Origin: an uncultured Ignavibacteriales bacterium
GTDB taxonomy: Bacteria > Zixibacteria > MSB-5A5 > GN15 > JACZUZ01
DNA: 41,737 nt
Direction of reading: 5' to 3'
NCBI GenBank assembly: GCA_964516945.1
Contig: CAZFAL010000003.1
Location: forward strand, 1 to 41,737
Shown here: positions 25,679 through 35,669 of the stretch, piece after piece
How positions within the stretch are numbered: position 1 is the stretch's first letter
How the letters are laid out: each line of letters opens with the position of its first letter
Translations under genes and position numbers: made by a program
Notes under the pieces: generated by a model
Told to the model about the DNA's origin: nothing
The model's input: the letters and a program-made list of their open reading frames with translations, nothing else
Database searches by the model: none

Positions 25679-27976
25679 ATGAAAGAAAAAGTGAAAACAG
25701 ATACGAAAAACATCCTAGCCTTCATCCGCGATTCCGCCATACGACCGATGCGCATGCGCGAACTGGCAAAGGCCATGGACGTCCCGGAAGAGCATTACCG
25801 CGGCTTCCGCAAAACAGTCGCTGAAATGATGAAACAGGGCAAACTTGTTTCACTCAAACGTGGCAGAATCGGCCTCCCCGAGCAGGTCGATCTGATTGTT
25901 GGGCGGATTTCAATAACCCGCGCCGGAACCGGGTTCGTTTCCGATGAGCGCGCTGAGGAGCGTGGCGATGATACCGAAGACATTCTGATTCCGCCGCAAC
26001 ATCTTTCCACAGCTCTCGACGGGGACAGAGTTGCTGTGCGGCGCGAGGGTGTCTCACGCGGCAGGCGCCTCGGAGCGGTTGTCACTATTCTCGAACGCTC
26101 ACGAAGCTCTATTGTCGGCGTCTTCCACCGCTCGCCGCATTTCTGTTTCGTCGCCCCCGATGATCGTCGCCTCCATCGCGACATTTACATCCCTAAAGAA
26201 AAAACGCATGGCGCCAAGCAGGGCGACAAAGTCTCTGTCAAACTTGCCGACTGGACTGACCCGTATCGCAATCCCGAAGGCGAGATTATCGAAGTCCTCG
26301 GCAAACCCGGCGACCCGAAAGTCGAGCTCGCGGCAATCATTCAGTCCTATGATCTACCAACTGCGTTTCCGGCCAAAGTGACCCGTGAGGCAAAAAAGTC
26401 CGCCCAGTGGTTTAACAACGAAGAAATCAAAAAACGCGAGGACTGGCGCAAGAAAAAGATTTACACAATCGACCCGGCCAGCGCCAAAGACCATGACGAT
26501 GCAGTCTCAGTCGAGAAAACCAGGGACGGCTACCGTCTCGGGGTGCATATCGCCGATGTCTCATTCTTTGTGCGTGAAGACACTGCGCTTGACGCCGAGG
26601 CCTATGGTCGCGGGAACTCAGTCTATCTGCCGGGCAAAGTGATTCCGATGTTACCGGAGTCACTGTCAAATGATCTCTGCTCACTCAGAGAACACGAGGA
26701 CCGTCTGGCGCATTCATGTATTATTGACTTTGACAAAAACGGTAAACCACTCAACTGGCGTATCGCCGACACCGTCATTCGCTCACAAGCGAAACTCTCC
26801 TATGAAGACGCACAATCAGTCTTCGACAGCGCCCCGGCCAATGAGAAAGTAGCGGCGTTGAAAAAGGACCTGCTTCTTGCTCTCGAGTTGGCGCGCAAGA
26901 TTTCGGCGCGACGATTTGCAGAGGGCTCGCTTGATTTCGATTTGAATGAGGCGCGCATCGATTTTGATGAAAAAACCGGCGCTATCTCGGCGCTCGGTGT
27001 CCGGGTGCGGCTTGAGGCGCATCGGCTGGTCGAGGAATTCATGCTCGCGGCAAACAAAGCGGTGGCGCTGACATTTTCCCGCTCCGCTCTGCCGACAATC
27101 TACCGGGTGCATGACAAACCGGATCCGGAAAAAATTGAGGCCTTCGCCGAACTCGCCCGCGCCACCGGACATAAGTTCCCGTCGAGTGAACATATCACAC
27201 CGTTGATGATCCAGCGTTTTCTCGAATCAATCAAAGGCGCTCCCGAAGAAGAATACCTCAATGAGCTCGCCCTGCGCTCTATGAAAAAAGCTGTCTATCA
27301 GCCGCTAAACCTCGGCCATTTCGGACTGGGCTTCACTCACTATACACACTTCACCTCCCCAATCCGGCGCTATGCCGATCTGGTCATTCATCGCCTGCTT
27401 CGCAAAGCGACCAATGGCTCATATCCACCTGCGTACGCCAAGTCCTTGAAACATCGCCTCGTCCCTATCAGCAAACACATTTCCGAAACCGAACGCCACG
27501 CCGTCGAGGCCGAACGCGAAGCAATCAAAGTCATGCAAGTCCTGTTCCTCAAGCGCCATGTCGGCGATGAATTCGAAGGAATCATCACCGGCGTGGTGGC
27601 GCGTGGCATTTTTGTGCGACTGAAAGATGTGCACGCCGAGGGGATGGTGCGTGTCAGCTCTATTGATGATGACTTCTATCACTTCGACAATGAGCGCCAT
27701 CGGTTGGTCGGCTCCCGCACCCGCAATGTGTTCCGGCTCGGTGACACTATCACCGTCACTATCGTCAGCGTTGACGCACAACGCCGTGAAGTTGATTTGG
27801 CGCTTGTGCCGGATAGCTCCCGCAAAGGCGTCGGTGGCCGCAGAGTGAAAACCGAAGCCGGCGCGCGTATGTCGAAACCCACCGCAAGAAAACGCTCGAC
27901 AACCGGAAAGAAAACGCGGCGAGGAAAATCGACGTCAGCCAACTCAGAACCTTCGAAACGTCGCAGGCGCAAATGA
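25679..27976 (+). CDS. rnr: Ribonuclease R
   Basis: TIDPASAKDHDDA, VHIADVS, EEFMLAAN, HFTSPIRRYADL, S1 domain and basic tail. Confidence 0.97.
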   Translation: MKEKVKTDTKNILAFIRDSAIRPMRMRELAKAMDVPEEHYRGFRKTVAEMMKQGKLVSLKRGRIGLPEQVDLIVGRISITRAGTGFVSDERAEERGDDTEDILIPPQHLSTALDGDRVAVRREGVSRGRRLGAVVTILERSRSSIVGVFHRSPHFCFVAPDDRRLHRDIYIPKEKTHGAKQGDKVSVKLADWTDPYRNPEGEIIEVLGKPGDPKVELAAIIQSYDLPTAFPAKVTREAKKSAQWFNNEEIKKREDWRKKKIYTIDPASAKDHDDAVSVEKTRDGYRLGVHIADVSFFVREDTALDAEAYGRGNSVYLPGKVIPMLPESLSNDLCSLREHEDRLAHSCIIDFDKNGKPLNWRIADTVIRSQAKLSYEDAQSVFDSAPANEKVAALKKDLLLALELARKISARRFAEGSLDFDLNEARIDFDEKTGAISALGVRVRLEAHRLVEEFMLAANKAVALTFSRSALPTIYRVHDKPDPEKIEAFAELARATGHKFPSSEHITPLMIQRFLESIKGAPEEEYLNELALRSMKKAVYQPLNLGHFGLGFTHYTHFTSPIRRYADLVIHRLLRKATNGSYPPAYAKSLKHRLVPISKHISETERHAVEAEREAIKVMQVLFLKRHVGDEFEGIITGVVARGIFVRLKDVHAEGMVRVSSIDDDFYHFDNERHRLVGSRTRNVFRLGDTITVTIVSVDAQRREVDLALVPDSSRKGVGGRRVKTEAGARMSKPTARKRSTTGKKTRRGKSTSANSEPSKRRRRK

Positions 27977-29490
27977 CCGGCAAATCCGTAGTGGCGCTGA
28001 TTGCTGACGATGATACACGTCAGAGAAACAAAGCGCGTAGGACGCTTGAGAAATTACACACACTGGTCGGCATTGTTGACCTGCAAAATGTGGCGCAGGA
28101 TGTCAACGAGCTGGCCGGGGCGCTTGCAGACGCGCAGATTGTTTTGCTTCCCGAATCAAGCGCCACAGACTACCCTGAATTACTGAGTTGGATTCGTTCA
28201 CTGCGGCCGCTGGTTGACATCTGGCAGATTTCCACAACGTCACGTCCACTGGAAACCGCAGATTCCGCTTATGCGATCGATGACATTCTGGGACTGGAGT
28301 TATTCAGCGCCACGCGGGTGAAACCACTGCGGGAAAGAATAGAGCGGCGCCTGCAACAAAAGTCTTTACTCCGGCAAATGGGAATTATCTCCCGCTCCCC
28401 GCGACTGGGAATGATTGCCGAAACAATAGACCGCATCGCTCCGACCGACGCCAGTGTCTTGATTGTCGGACCGTCAGGCTCCGGTAAAGAATTGATAGCG
28501 CGAGCGCTACACAACCACTCACGCCGAAAAGACAAACCCTTTGTAGCAATCAATTGCGGCGCGATTCCCGAAGGACTGATTGAATCAGAGTTATTCGGCC
28601 ACAAAAAGGGCGCCTTCACCGGCTCAGTCGGAACGCGGTCAGGGTACTTCAGTCAGGCCGATGGCGGCACGATTTTTCTCGATGAAATCGGAGAAATGAA
28701 ACCGGATATGCAGGTCAAACTGCTCCGCGCGCTTGAGGAAGGCGCATTCTATCCGCTCGGCAGTGACCGGCCGCAAAGTGTCGATGTCCGCGCAGTCTCG
28801 GCCACGAACCGTGAACTCGAATCAGAAATCGCATCCGGACGGTTCCGTGAGGACTTATACTACCGCCTCTCGGCAATCAAAATATCTGTGCCTCCGTTGT
28901 CCGAGCGTCCTGAAGACATTATTCCGCTTCTCGCGGCGTTTTCGACCGGAACGCAGTTACGTGGATTCTCCGATGAAGCGTTATCAGCGCTGGAGAATTA
29001 CTATTGGCCGGGTAATGTGCGGCAATTAAAAAACTTTGTCACACGCATCTCTGCGCTTGTCGGAGACGGCGAAGTCACCGTCGCTGATGTCGAATCCTAT
29101 ATTGCTGAGCAACAATTCTCAACGCCGACACTTCCGGTTGTGTCACAACAACCGCAGGAGCACATTGGCATGGAACTGGTCTATCAGGCGCTGATGCAAC
29201 TCGGCTCAGAGGTGAAGAGTCTTCGTGAGTTAATAGTCGCCAACCTGCCCAGTCAAGACAAGCATCCCGTGAATTCAGGGCCTGCATCAGTCGGTGAGCC
29301 AATCATTGTCAGCCCGGCGCAGTCTGAGGACGTCGAGTCTGTGAACGTTGAGTCTGTCGATAAAATGGAAGCCCGCCTGATAGCCGAGGCGCTGCGTGTC
29401 ACCGGCGGCAATCGACGAGTCGCCGCAGAGCGGCTCGGAATCGGCGAACGCACGCTCTATCGCAAGATGAAGAAATATCGGCTAAAGTAA
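27973..29490 (+). CDS. Sigma54-dependent enhancer-binding protein (Fis-type HTH)
   Basis: Walker A GPSGSGKE, ESELFGH, GAFTGS, Walker B FLDEIGE, WPGNVRQL, C-terminal LGIGERTLYRK; ATGA overlap with rnr. Confidence 0.95.
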   Translation: MTGKSVVALIADDDTRQRNKARRTLEKLHTLVGIVDLQNVAQDVNELAGALADAQIVLLPESSATDYPELLSWIRSLRPLVDIWQISTTSRPLETADSAYAIDDILGLELFSATRVKPLRERIERRLQQKSLLRQMGIISRSPRLGMIAETIDRIAPTDASVLIVGPSGSGKELIARALHNHSRRKDKPFVAINCGAIPEGLIESELFGHKKGAFTGSVGTRSGYFSQADGGTIFLDEIGEMKPDMQVKLLRALEEGAFYPLGSDRPQSVDVRAVSATNRELESEIASGRFREDLYYRLSAIKISVPPLSERPEDIIPLLAAFSTGTQLRGFSDEALSALENYYWPGNVRQLKNFVTRISALVGDGEVTVADVESYIAEQQFSTPTLPVVSQQPQEHIGMELVYQALMQLGSEVKSLRELIVANLPSQDKHPVNSGPASVGEPIIVSPAQSEDVESVNVESVDKMEARLIAEALRVTGGNRRVAAERLGIGERTLYRKMKKYRLK

Positions 29491-29574
29491 ATTGTCATAG
29501 TCCATGAATTTCATGGTTCCCGTGAATTTCCCCCGGGCGCTTGACAAGCGACACTCCGGCGCTTTCCTTGGGCT

Positions 29575-31302
29575 GTGCGTGATAGTAAATGTCAACGAGC
29601 CATCGCGGAACAACGCGCCTCAACTTTCTTCTCAGTAGCTTTACTGATTAGACTGTCATTCAGCGTCGCGCTTTTCGCGCTTCCGCTAGCGTTGCAGGCG
29701 CAGGATGTCTCCAATGTAACATTGCCAAGTGAAGAAGAGCTCCGTAATGCGCTCAACAATGGCGACATTACCATTGAAGAGTTTCAACTATTGCTGGAGT
29801 ATATGTACAGTTCGACATTTCCGGACCTGACCGTTGTCGCAGGTAACATTCCGAATCTGGATTTAATCGGCGCCGGAGCGTTGTTGCGCTTAGACAGATT
29901 ACAGCAGGAACAACTTGACGCGATTGACGCCGGTGGACACTCCTCAGGGAACGCCAGAGTGAGAGTCTATGCAGATCAGGAGCTCAACGACCGGCGCCGC
30001 GCGCGCAGTGTCTATCAATTCCGTCTCGGCCAACGTGTCGGATGGCGAGTCGAGGGCTCGGTGGCCAGCGCATTCGGCCAGACTTCTCTCTGGCGCTCAC
30101 GCTCTTTGCATTGGAGCAATGCCACCAACCCGACACTGTCAATTACACTTGGCAACTTCAACCTCCGCTGGGGAACCGGATTGGCGTTCGGGTATCGCAG
30201 CAGACTGCTGCAGCGCCAGACTGACTTATCCTATGAATCATTCCGAACTCCCGACCGTGGCGGATTCAACGGACTCAGCGTCTTAGGTCAGACACCATTG
30301 GATAAAAACCACAAACTGAGATGGCAAGCAATCGGCTCCACACAACAGGACATAGCACACCGTCTGAACACAACAGGAGTTATGGGCGACATCACATTGG
30401 CCGACATAACTGTCGGAGCGCTATGGGCTAGGTCAGAACTCGATATCCGTGATTCCTCCGGCTCGTTTGTTCAGAACCAGTTTGCTCTTTCGATCAAGAG
30501 CGCCAGGACAGCTTCACTCTGGTACAACACCGAAGTCAACACTCAGAACAATGCTGGAACACACTCTGTCGCCGTTAGCGCAGAATGGCGTTACAACACT
30601 GCTGCCGGTAATGTCCGCGGCGCGTTCTGGCGCTATCCCCGCTCTTATCGCAACCTGACAGGCGGCGCCCGCTCGGGATTGCTCTATGAAACGCTGGAAT
30701 TCGATGACATTGGATTCAGCTACCGTGACAGACGAGTCAATCAAACCGGCGGCCTGTTGCGCAGTGTCACTGCGCTTGACGGGCGCAATAAACTGGAAAC
30801 CGGCATCGAGTATAGCAAACAAAACCGGGGCTCTGCTACGCGTGGTGATTATATTCTGGCGCTACTCCATCAGTTTGAACGTAATGAACTCAAACTTGAA
30901 GCCGGTGGACGCTCGGTCACTAATTCCTCGACAGCGGTAGATAGCCGTTGGCGTCTGCGCGCGCAGTTCACTTCGCAATTCTCCTCCGGACACACACAAC
31001 TCCAACTCCGCACTGCCCTGGCATATCGGAAACAAGTGTCAGACAGTCCGGCTTTGGGCTTCTTCACACGCATACGAGCGACAGTACGCAACAAACAACG
31101 CCTTGAACTCTGGTTGGATATCAACCGCTTTCGCTGGTGGCGCGGCGGACTTGAACGGCTCTATAGCTACATACAGTACAGCGCCCCGGTAGGCGCTTCC
31201 GGCGCTGTGTCACTGCTCACCAAACTCGTATACAGCTATAACGAAAGTTCCACAAATCACTCACGCGTCGTAGCGCGTCTGGAGGCGCTTGCCCAATGGT
31301 GA
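29575..31302 (+). CDS. Putative outer-membrane beta-barrel protein
   Basis: Signal peptide (..ALQA-Q), alternating amphipathic strands, terminal Trp. LGNFNLRWGTGL resembles FCB-group HhH-associated barrels (recognised from memory, not searched). Confidence 0.6.
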   Translation: MRDSKCQRAIAEQRASTFFSVALLIRLSFSVALFALPLALQAQDVSNVTLPSEEELRNALNNGDITIEEFQLLLEYMYSSTFPDLTVVAGNIPNLDLIGAGALLRLDRLQQEQLDAIDAGGHSSGNARVRVYADQELNDRRRARSVYQFRLGQRVGWRVEGSVASAFGQTSLWRSRSLHWSNATNPTLSITLGNFNLRWGTGLAFGYRSRLLQRQTDLSYESFRTPDRGGFNGLSVLGQTPLDKNHKLRWQAIGSTQQDIAHRLNTTGVMGDITLADITVGALWARSELDIRDSSGSFVQNQFALSIKSARTASLWYNTEVNTQNNAGTHSVAVSAEWRYNTAAGNVRGAFWRYPRSYRNLTGGARSGLLYETLEFDDIGFSYRDRRVNQTGGLLRSVTALDGRNKLETGIEYSKQNRGSATRGDYILALLHQFERNELKLEAGGRSVTNSSTAVDSRWRLRAQFTSQFSSGHTQLQLRTALAYRKQVSDSPALGFFTRIRATVRNKQRLELWLDINRFRWWRGGLERLYSYIQYSAPVGASGAVSLLTKLVYSYNESSTNHSRVVARLEALAQW

Positions 31303-32945
31303 AACAGATTATCGCAGGTTGCTTCATCAGTCTCTGTCTGAGCGCCGGTTCGGTGTCCGCCGACGGTCTGGTCGTCAATGAAGTTATGGTCAATGAACCC
31401 GGCGGCCGGGTGTCTCTTGAATGGTTTGAGTTGCACAACACTTCACAGACAACTTTCTCGTTATTGAACGACACTGTCACCATAGGCGCGCAAATTATCC
31501 CGCTACCCACTCCGCTCACTATGGCGCCTTCCGAATATCTCGTCATCGCCCGTGACACCGGCGCCTTTGAGGAACACTGGGGTGACAGCAGTGGCGTCTG
31601 GGGCGATGATACCGCACGTGAGAATTACACAATCACACAACTGAGTTTTTCGCTGAAAAATGCCGCCGGAGCGCTGACTGTCTCCAAAGACACTGCAATA
31701 TCAACACTCACCTGGCCGAATGCCGGAGCGGATGGTGTCTCATGGGAGAGAATCCAACTAACTCTCAACTCTGTAACGCAATCTATCTCGGCAACCGGCG
31801 CCACACCCGGAGCGCGCAATTCAGTAGCGCCTGCATCGCAAGACTGGATGATTACCGCTCTCGATATTCAAACAACGAATGACCTGCCGACATTCATCAC
31901 TGTCACTATCCGCAACGCAGGAACACAGACGCTTCCTGCGTCATGCCTGTTACTCTATGACAACCCGACGCTCTCGGACTCCGCTCCGTATGGTTTGCTC
32001 GGTGACAGTCTGCAATGTGAGCCGGTTCCTGCCCTGCTTCCGGCGGACAGCGTGGTCATCAGCGCCGCAGTACATACCCGCAATACCGGCCCGTATGACA
32101 CTATCGGTGTCACTATCGCCGGAGCTGACCAGCGCCCTGAAAACAATACCCGCATTGTGGTCATCCCCGGTGGAGGCCCGCCGCAGGTTGTCATCAATGA
32201 GTTCCTGCCAAATCCACAGGCGCCCCTGCAATCCGAGTGGGTCGAACTGAAAAACATGTCACTGACTCCAATCGATATCAGCGGCTGGGCGCTTGGGGAC
32301 GAGCTTGGCTTTGGTGTGATTGATTCTATCGGAATTGCCTCGCGTGTGATTCAGCCCGGTGGATACAATGTCATTGCAGAAGATCCAACTGATGTCATGC
32401 TCTATTACAACCTCAATGTCACACCACTTTCAGTGAACTCATGGCGCACGCTGAACAACGACGGTGACCTGTTACGGCTCAAAGACGCGTTCGGTTTCCT
32501 CATCGACAGTGTTTCCTACAACAAGACGTACGACAGCAATGTCACCTGGAGCAGAAGCGAGGACGAACAAACAGCCGGGCTCTGGGGCCGTTCAGCGCGT
32601 AGCGGCGGTACGCCTAATGACAGCAATCAAACCCTGCTGAATCCTACTAATACCGGTCTGGCTGTCTCTATTCTGCCTAATCCGTTTTCACCTGACGGTG
32701 ACGGATTCGACGAAACAGCTCACATAATGCTTGACGCGCCTGACGGCGCGAATATGACAGTGACAATCTATAATTCACGTGGCGAGAGAATCAAACGTCT
32801 CTTTGACGGCGCTCCGTTTTCCGGTGTCCTCGACTGGGATGGAACCGCCGATTCCGGACGGCGTGTCACTATCGGACTTTACATCATCTATGTAGAAATC
32901 GAAAACAGCGTCTCAGTGAAGAAGTCAGTGGTGGTGGCAAGATGA
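31296..32945 (+). CDS. Secreted protein with two lamin-tail domains, a CARDB-like middle region and a FlgD-Ig/T9SS-like CTD
   Basis: VVNEVM...EWFELHN...TPGARNS and VINEFL...EWVELKN...GTPNDSN; C-terminal PNPFSPDGDG...IYNSRG...WDG...GLYIIY...KKSVVV. Confidence 0.82.
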   Translation: MVKQIIAGCFISLCLSAGSVSADGLVVNEVMVNEPGGRVSLEWFELHNTSQTTFSLLNDTVTIGAQIIPLPTPLTMAPSEYLVIARDTGAFEEHWGDSSGVWGDDTARENYTITQLSFSLKNAAGALTVSKDTAISTLTWPNAGADGVSWERIQLTLNSVTQSISATGATPGARNSVAPASQDWMITALDIQTTNDLPTFITVTIRNAGTQTLPASCLLLYDNPTLSDSAPYGLLGDSLQCEPVPALLPADSVVISAAVHTRNTGPYDTIGVTIAGADQRPENNTRIVVIPGGGPPQVVINEFLPNPQAPLQSEWVELKNMSLTPIDISGWALGDELGFGVIDSIGIASRVIQPGGYNVIAEDPTDVMLYYNLNVTPLSVNSWRTLNNDGDLLRLKDAFGFLIDSVSYNKTYDSNVTWSRSEDEQTAGLWGRSARSGGTPNDSNQTLLNPTNTGLAVSILPNPFSPDGDGFDETAHIMLDAPDGANMTVTIYNSRGERIKRLFDGAPFSGVLDWDGTADSGRRVTIGLYIIYVEIENSVSVKKSVVVAR

Positions 32946-33790
32946 CGACACTCCGACTCATACTGACTGTCATTCTTGTCGTATGCTCAATGCGCTTGAA
33001 CGTAGCCGCATTCGACATCAAATCCTCACGCGCAAACATGCTCGGCGGGGCGCTCGCCTTACGGCGTCCCGGCGCGACAGATTTTCTGGCGGCTCCCGGA
33101 CTTTTCGGAGAAGACAGAGCGCTATCTTTCGAAGCCGGAGTCGCGCAACAATTCGACATAAGTGATTTGGACGTCGGTTTTCTTGCTTTCGGCTATCGAC
33201 GTGGAAATTTGCAGTTTGCATTTGGCGCGCAGCAACTCGGCGCTACTGATTATTTCGCAGAACAAACAGCGCGAACCGCTCTGAGTTACCAGTTGGGGAA
33301 TATTTCGGCAGGTCTTACACTTTCGGCCAAACGTTTTCAATTCGGCTCTGCGTATTCATCATTGAGCGCGGGCGCAATCGGTTTCGGAGTCGGTCTGCGT
33401 CATAAACAAGGGACCATTCATATTGCAATTGATAATCTCAACCGGCCGTCATTCACCGGCTCGGCTCCTCACGAACCGCAACGAGCCGCACTTTACCTTG
33501 AACTGGCCGGAAACAAATCCTACACCCTCTCGGCGGTTGCGAGCTTCGCAGAAAACAGCAAACCGGGTTTCGGCATCGGACAGACAGTGGCGCTGACAAA
33601 CTTCGCCCGCTTGTCATGGGGAATCAGTTCCGAACCGCTAATTTACGGCGCGGGATTTGAAATCCGCAAAGGGCGTATTACATTCATCTATGCCGGCTCG
33701 ATTCACACGACGCTCGGCTATTCACAAAGTCTGACACTCAGCATACGCTTGGCGCCAAAGGATAAGCGTCACGCCAAAGCAGGAAAATAA
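32942..33790 (+). CDS. Putative PorV/PorQ (FadL-like) family beta-barrel protein
   Basis: Signal peptide, N-terminal SSRANMLGGA...FLAAPGL motif, amphipathic strands, C-terminal H-x-x-LGYSQSLTL; ATGA-coupled to the CTD protein. Confidence 0.55.
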   Translation: MTTLRLILTVILVVCSMRLNVAAFDIKSSRANMLGGALALRRPGATDFLAAPGLFGEDRALSFEAGVAQQFDISDLDVGFLAFGYRRGNLQFAFGAQQLGATDYFAEQTARTALSYQLGNISAGLTLSAKRFQFGSAYSSLSAGAIGFGVGLRHKQGTIHIAIDNLNRPSFTGSAPHEPQRAALYLELAGNKSYTLSAVASFAENSKPGFGIGQTVALTNFARLSWGISSEPLIYGAGFEIRKGRITFIYAGSIHTTLGYSQSLTLSIRLAPKDKRHAKAGK

Positions 33791-33800
33791 AGCAAACACG

Positions 33801-34958
33801 ATGCGCACAAGAGAGAAACTCGAAGAACTGGAGCATGAAACACTCGCCGGTTATGCCAGCAAGGCGTCTGAAAGCCGCGGACGGGTCTATCCGCTTGAAG
33901 AAAGTCCGGACCGGACATGTTTTCAGCGCGACCGCGACCGGATTGTGCACTCCAAGGCCTTTCGCCGGATGGAGTACAAGACACAGGTCTTTGTTTTCAC
34001 CGAAGGTGACCACTATCGTACACGACTGACACACAGCATGGAAGTCGCACAGGTCTGCCGCGCTGTTTCAAGGAGTCTGGCGCTCAATGGTGATCTCGCC
34101 GAAGCGGTGGCGCTGGCGCATGACCTCGGACATCCGCCTTTCGGTCACGCCGGTGAACAGGCGCTCAATGAAATCCTCGCCGAGTCTGGCGGGTTCAATC
34201 ACAATGAGCAATCACTACGAGTGGTAGATTATCTCGAAACCCGCTATCCCGACCATCGCGGAATAAACCTGAGTTATGAAATCCGGGAGGGCATCGCCAA
34301 ACACGAATCCCCCGGCGCCGAGTTCGACACTAATGAATTCAAGCCAACCGAGGCGCCGACATTGGAGGCGGCGATTGTCGATATTGCCGATGAGATAGCC
34401 TACAACAGCCATGACATCGACGACGGCCTCGCCAGCGGCTTGTTCCTATTGAGCGATTTACGTGAGCTGTCGCTCTGTCGTCCGGCTATTGAGGAATCCG
34501 AAGCCACATATCCCGATATGAGTGAAGAATTACGCCGCTACAGTCTGGTGCGCTTTCTGATGCGCCGACAGATTCACGATCTGGTTAAAACTGTTGAAGT
34601 GGCTATCAAATCACGAAACATTAGCACAGTTGCTGACGTCCGCAATCAGCAGGACCCACTTGCCGGATTCTCGCCGGAAATGGCCGACGAAATCGACGAA
34701 TTGCGCCTGTTTCTCCGTGACCGGCTCTATCGGCACTCGCGGGTCATAGCCATGGCCAATCGCGGCAAAAACATTGTTCGCGAAGTTTTCAGGCACTTCA
34801 TGGAAACTCCCGGACGAATGCCGCTGAACTTCACTTCACGGTTAGAAGTCGAGCCGCGGAGTGATGTTGTCCGCGATTATGTCGCCGGGATGACGGACCG
34901 CTATGTCGAACTGGTATTCAAAAGCATAGAAACCGGAGCGCCCTGGCCGATTAGCTAA
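33801..34958 (+). CDS. dgt: dGTP triphosphohydrolase (HD family)
   Basis: FQRDRDRI, KTQVF, RTRLTHS, AHDLGHPPFGHAGE, ADEIAY, DYVAGMTD motifs. Confidence 0.95.
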   Translation: MRTREKLEELEHETLAGYASKASESRGRVYPLEESPDRTCFQRDRDRIVHSKAFRRMEYKTQVFVFTEGDHYRTRLTHSMEVAQVCRAVSRSLALNGDLAEAVALAHDLGHPPFGHAGEQALNEILAESGGFNHNEQSLRVVDYLETRYPDHRGINLSYEIREGIAKHESPGAEFDTNEFKPTEAPTLEAAIVDIADEIAYNSHDIDDGLASGLFLLSDLRELSLCRPAIEESEATYPDMSEELRRYSLVRFLMRRQIHDLVKTVEVAIKSRNISTVADVRNQQDPLAGFSPEMADEIDELRLFLRDRLYRHSRVIAMANRGKNIVREVFRHFMETPGRMPLNFTSRLEVEPRSDVVRDYVAGMTDRYVELVFKSIETGAPWPIS

Positions 34959-34997
34959 CAGCCAACCCTGACAAACGACAACCCCGGGCTGTTTCAC

Positions 34998-35040
34998 AAA
35001 AAAAGCCGCAAACCGGTCAGGTTTGCGGCTTTCACATTTT
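34998..35040. terminator. Bidirectional intrinsic terminator
   Basis: AAAGCCGCAAACC-ggtca-GGTTTGCGGCTTT perfect stem between convergent dgt and PEP-CTERM genes. Confidence 0.88.
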
Positions 35041-35090
35041 TCGTGTAAGCTCGTCTTCTGTAAAAGATTCTGTAAAAGAAATCGAGAAAG

Positions 35091-35669
35091 CTATGCAGCT
35101 TTGTCGAGGTGTGACTTCTTGCGACGACGCAACGCTACACCGGCCAACCCGACTCCGAGCAACAGCATGGTAGCCGGTTCGGGAACTGCTGATGCGGTCC
35201 CAACCCGGGCGACAATACCCGGCATCGAATGTTGCAGATAATCGTAGCGGTCATAGCCCCAGAAATCAAAGCGCAATGTTCCTTCACCGCGTAAACTCAA
35301 ATGAAACTTCTCCGGCCGCCACCCACGGATAGAACCCATGCTACCAGTGAGATACGAGCTAATGCCACCCGTGCGGCGCCCGAACGGAGATGGAGCGCCT
35401 GAGATAAAGTCTGCATCCCCATAGGTTGAACCACCGAAAGACATTGAACCGGCAAATGGGTTTCCGGCCGTCGTCGAAGCTGTCAGGTTGAGGTTATCAA
35501 TATTCCTCACCGACAATACCCAGACATCAATCTCAGCAGAGTTCGTGACCCAGTTGTTGGTGGACCAGTCAAAATCCGCCCCCGGCACATAAACAATCAA
35601 TCCGGGAAACGCCTTCGCGCCGCCGGCAAGTGAAAGCGTGAAGATAAGTGTCAAAATCGTCTTTTTCAT
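35091..35669 (-). CDS. PEP-CTERM sorting domain protein
   Basis: Signal peptide and C-terminal VPEPATMLLLGVGLAGVALRRRKK. Confidence 0.92.
   Translation of the reverse strand: MKKTILTLIFTLSLAGGAKAFPGLIVYVPGADFDWSTNNWVTNSAEIDVWVLSVRNIDNLNLTASTTAGNPFAGSMSFGGSTYGDADFISGAPSPFGRRTGGISSYLTGSMGSIRGWRPEKFHLSLRGEGTLRFDFWGYDRYDYLQHSMPGIVARVGTASAVPEPATMLLLGVGLAGVALRRRKKSHLDKAA

Noticed and set aside
33801-34958. dGTPase as an anti-phage defence gene
   Set aside because: It is the short housekeeping-type Dgt in a non-defence neighbourhood; nothing in the sequence supports a defence island.
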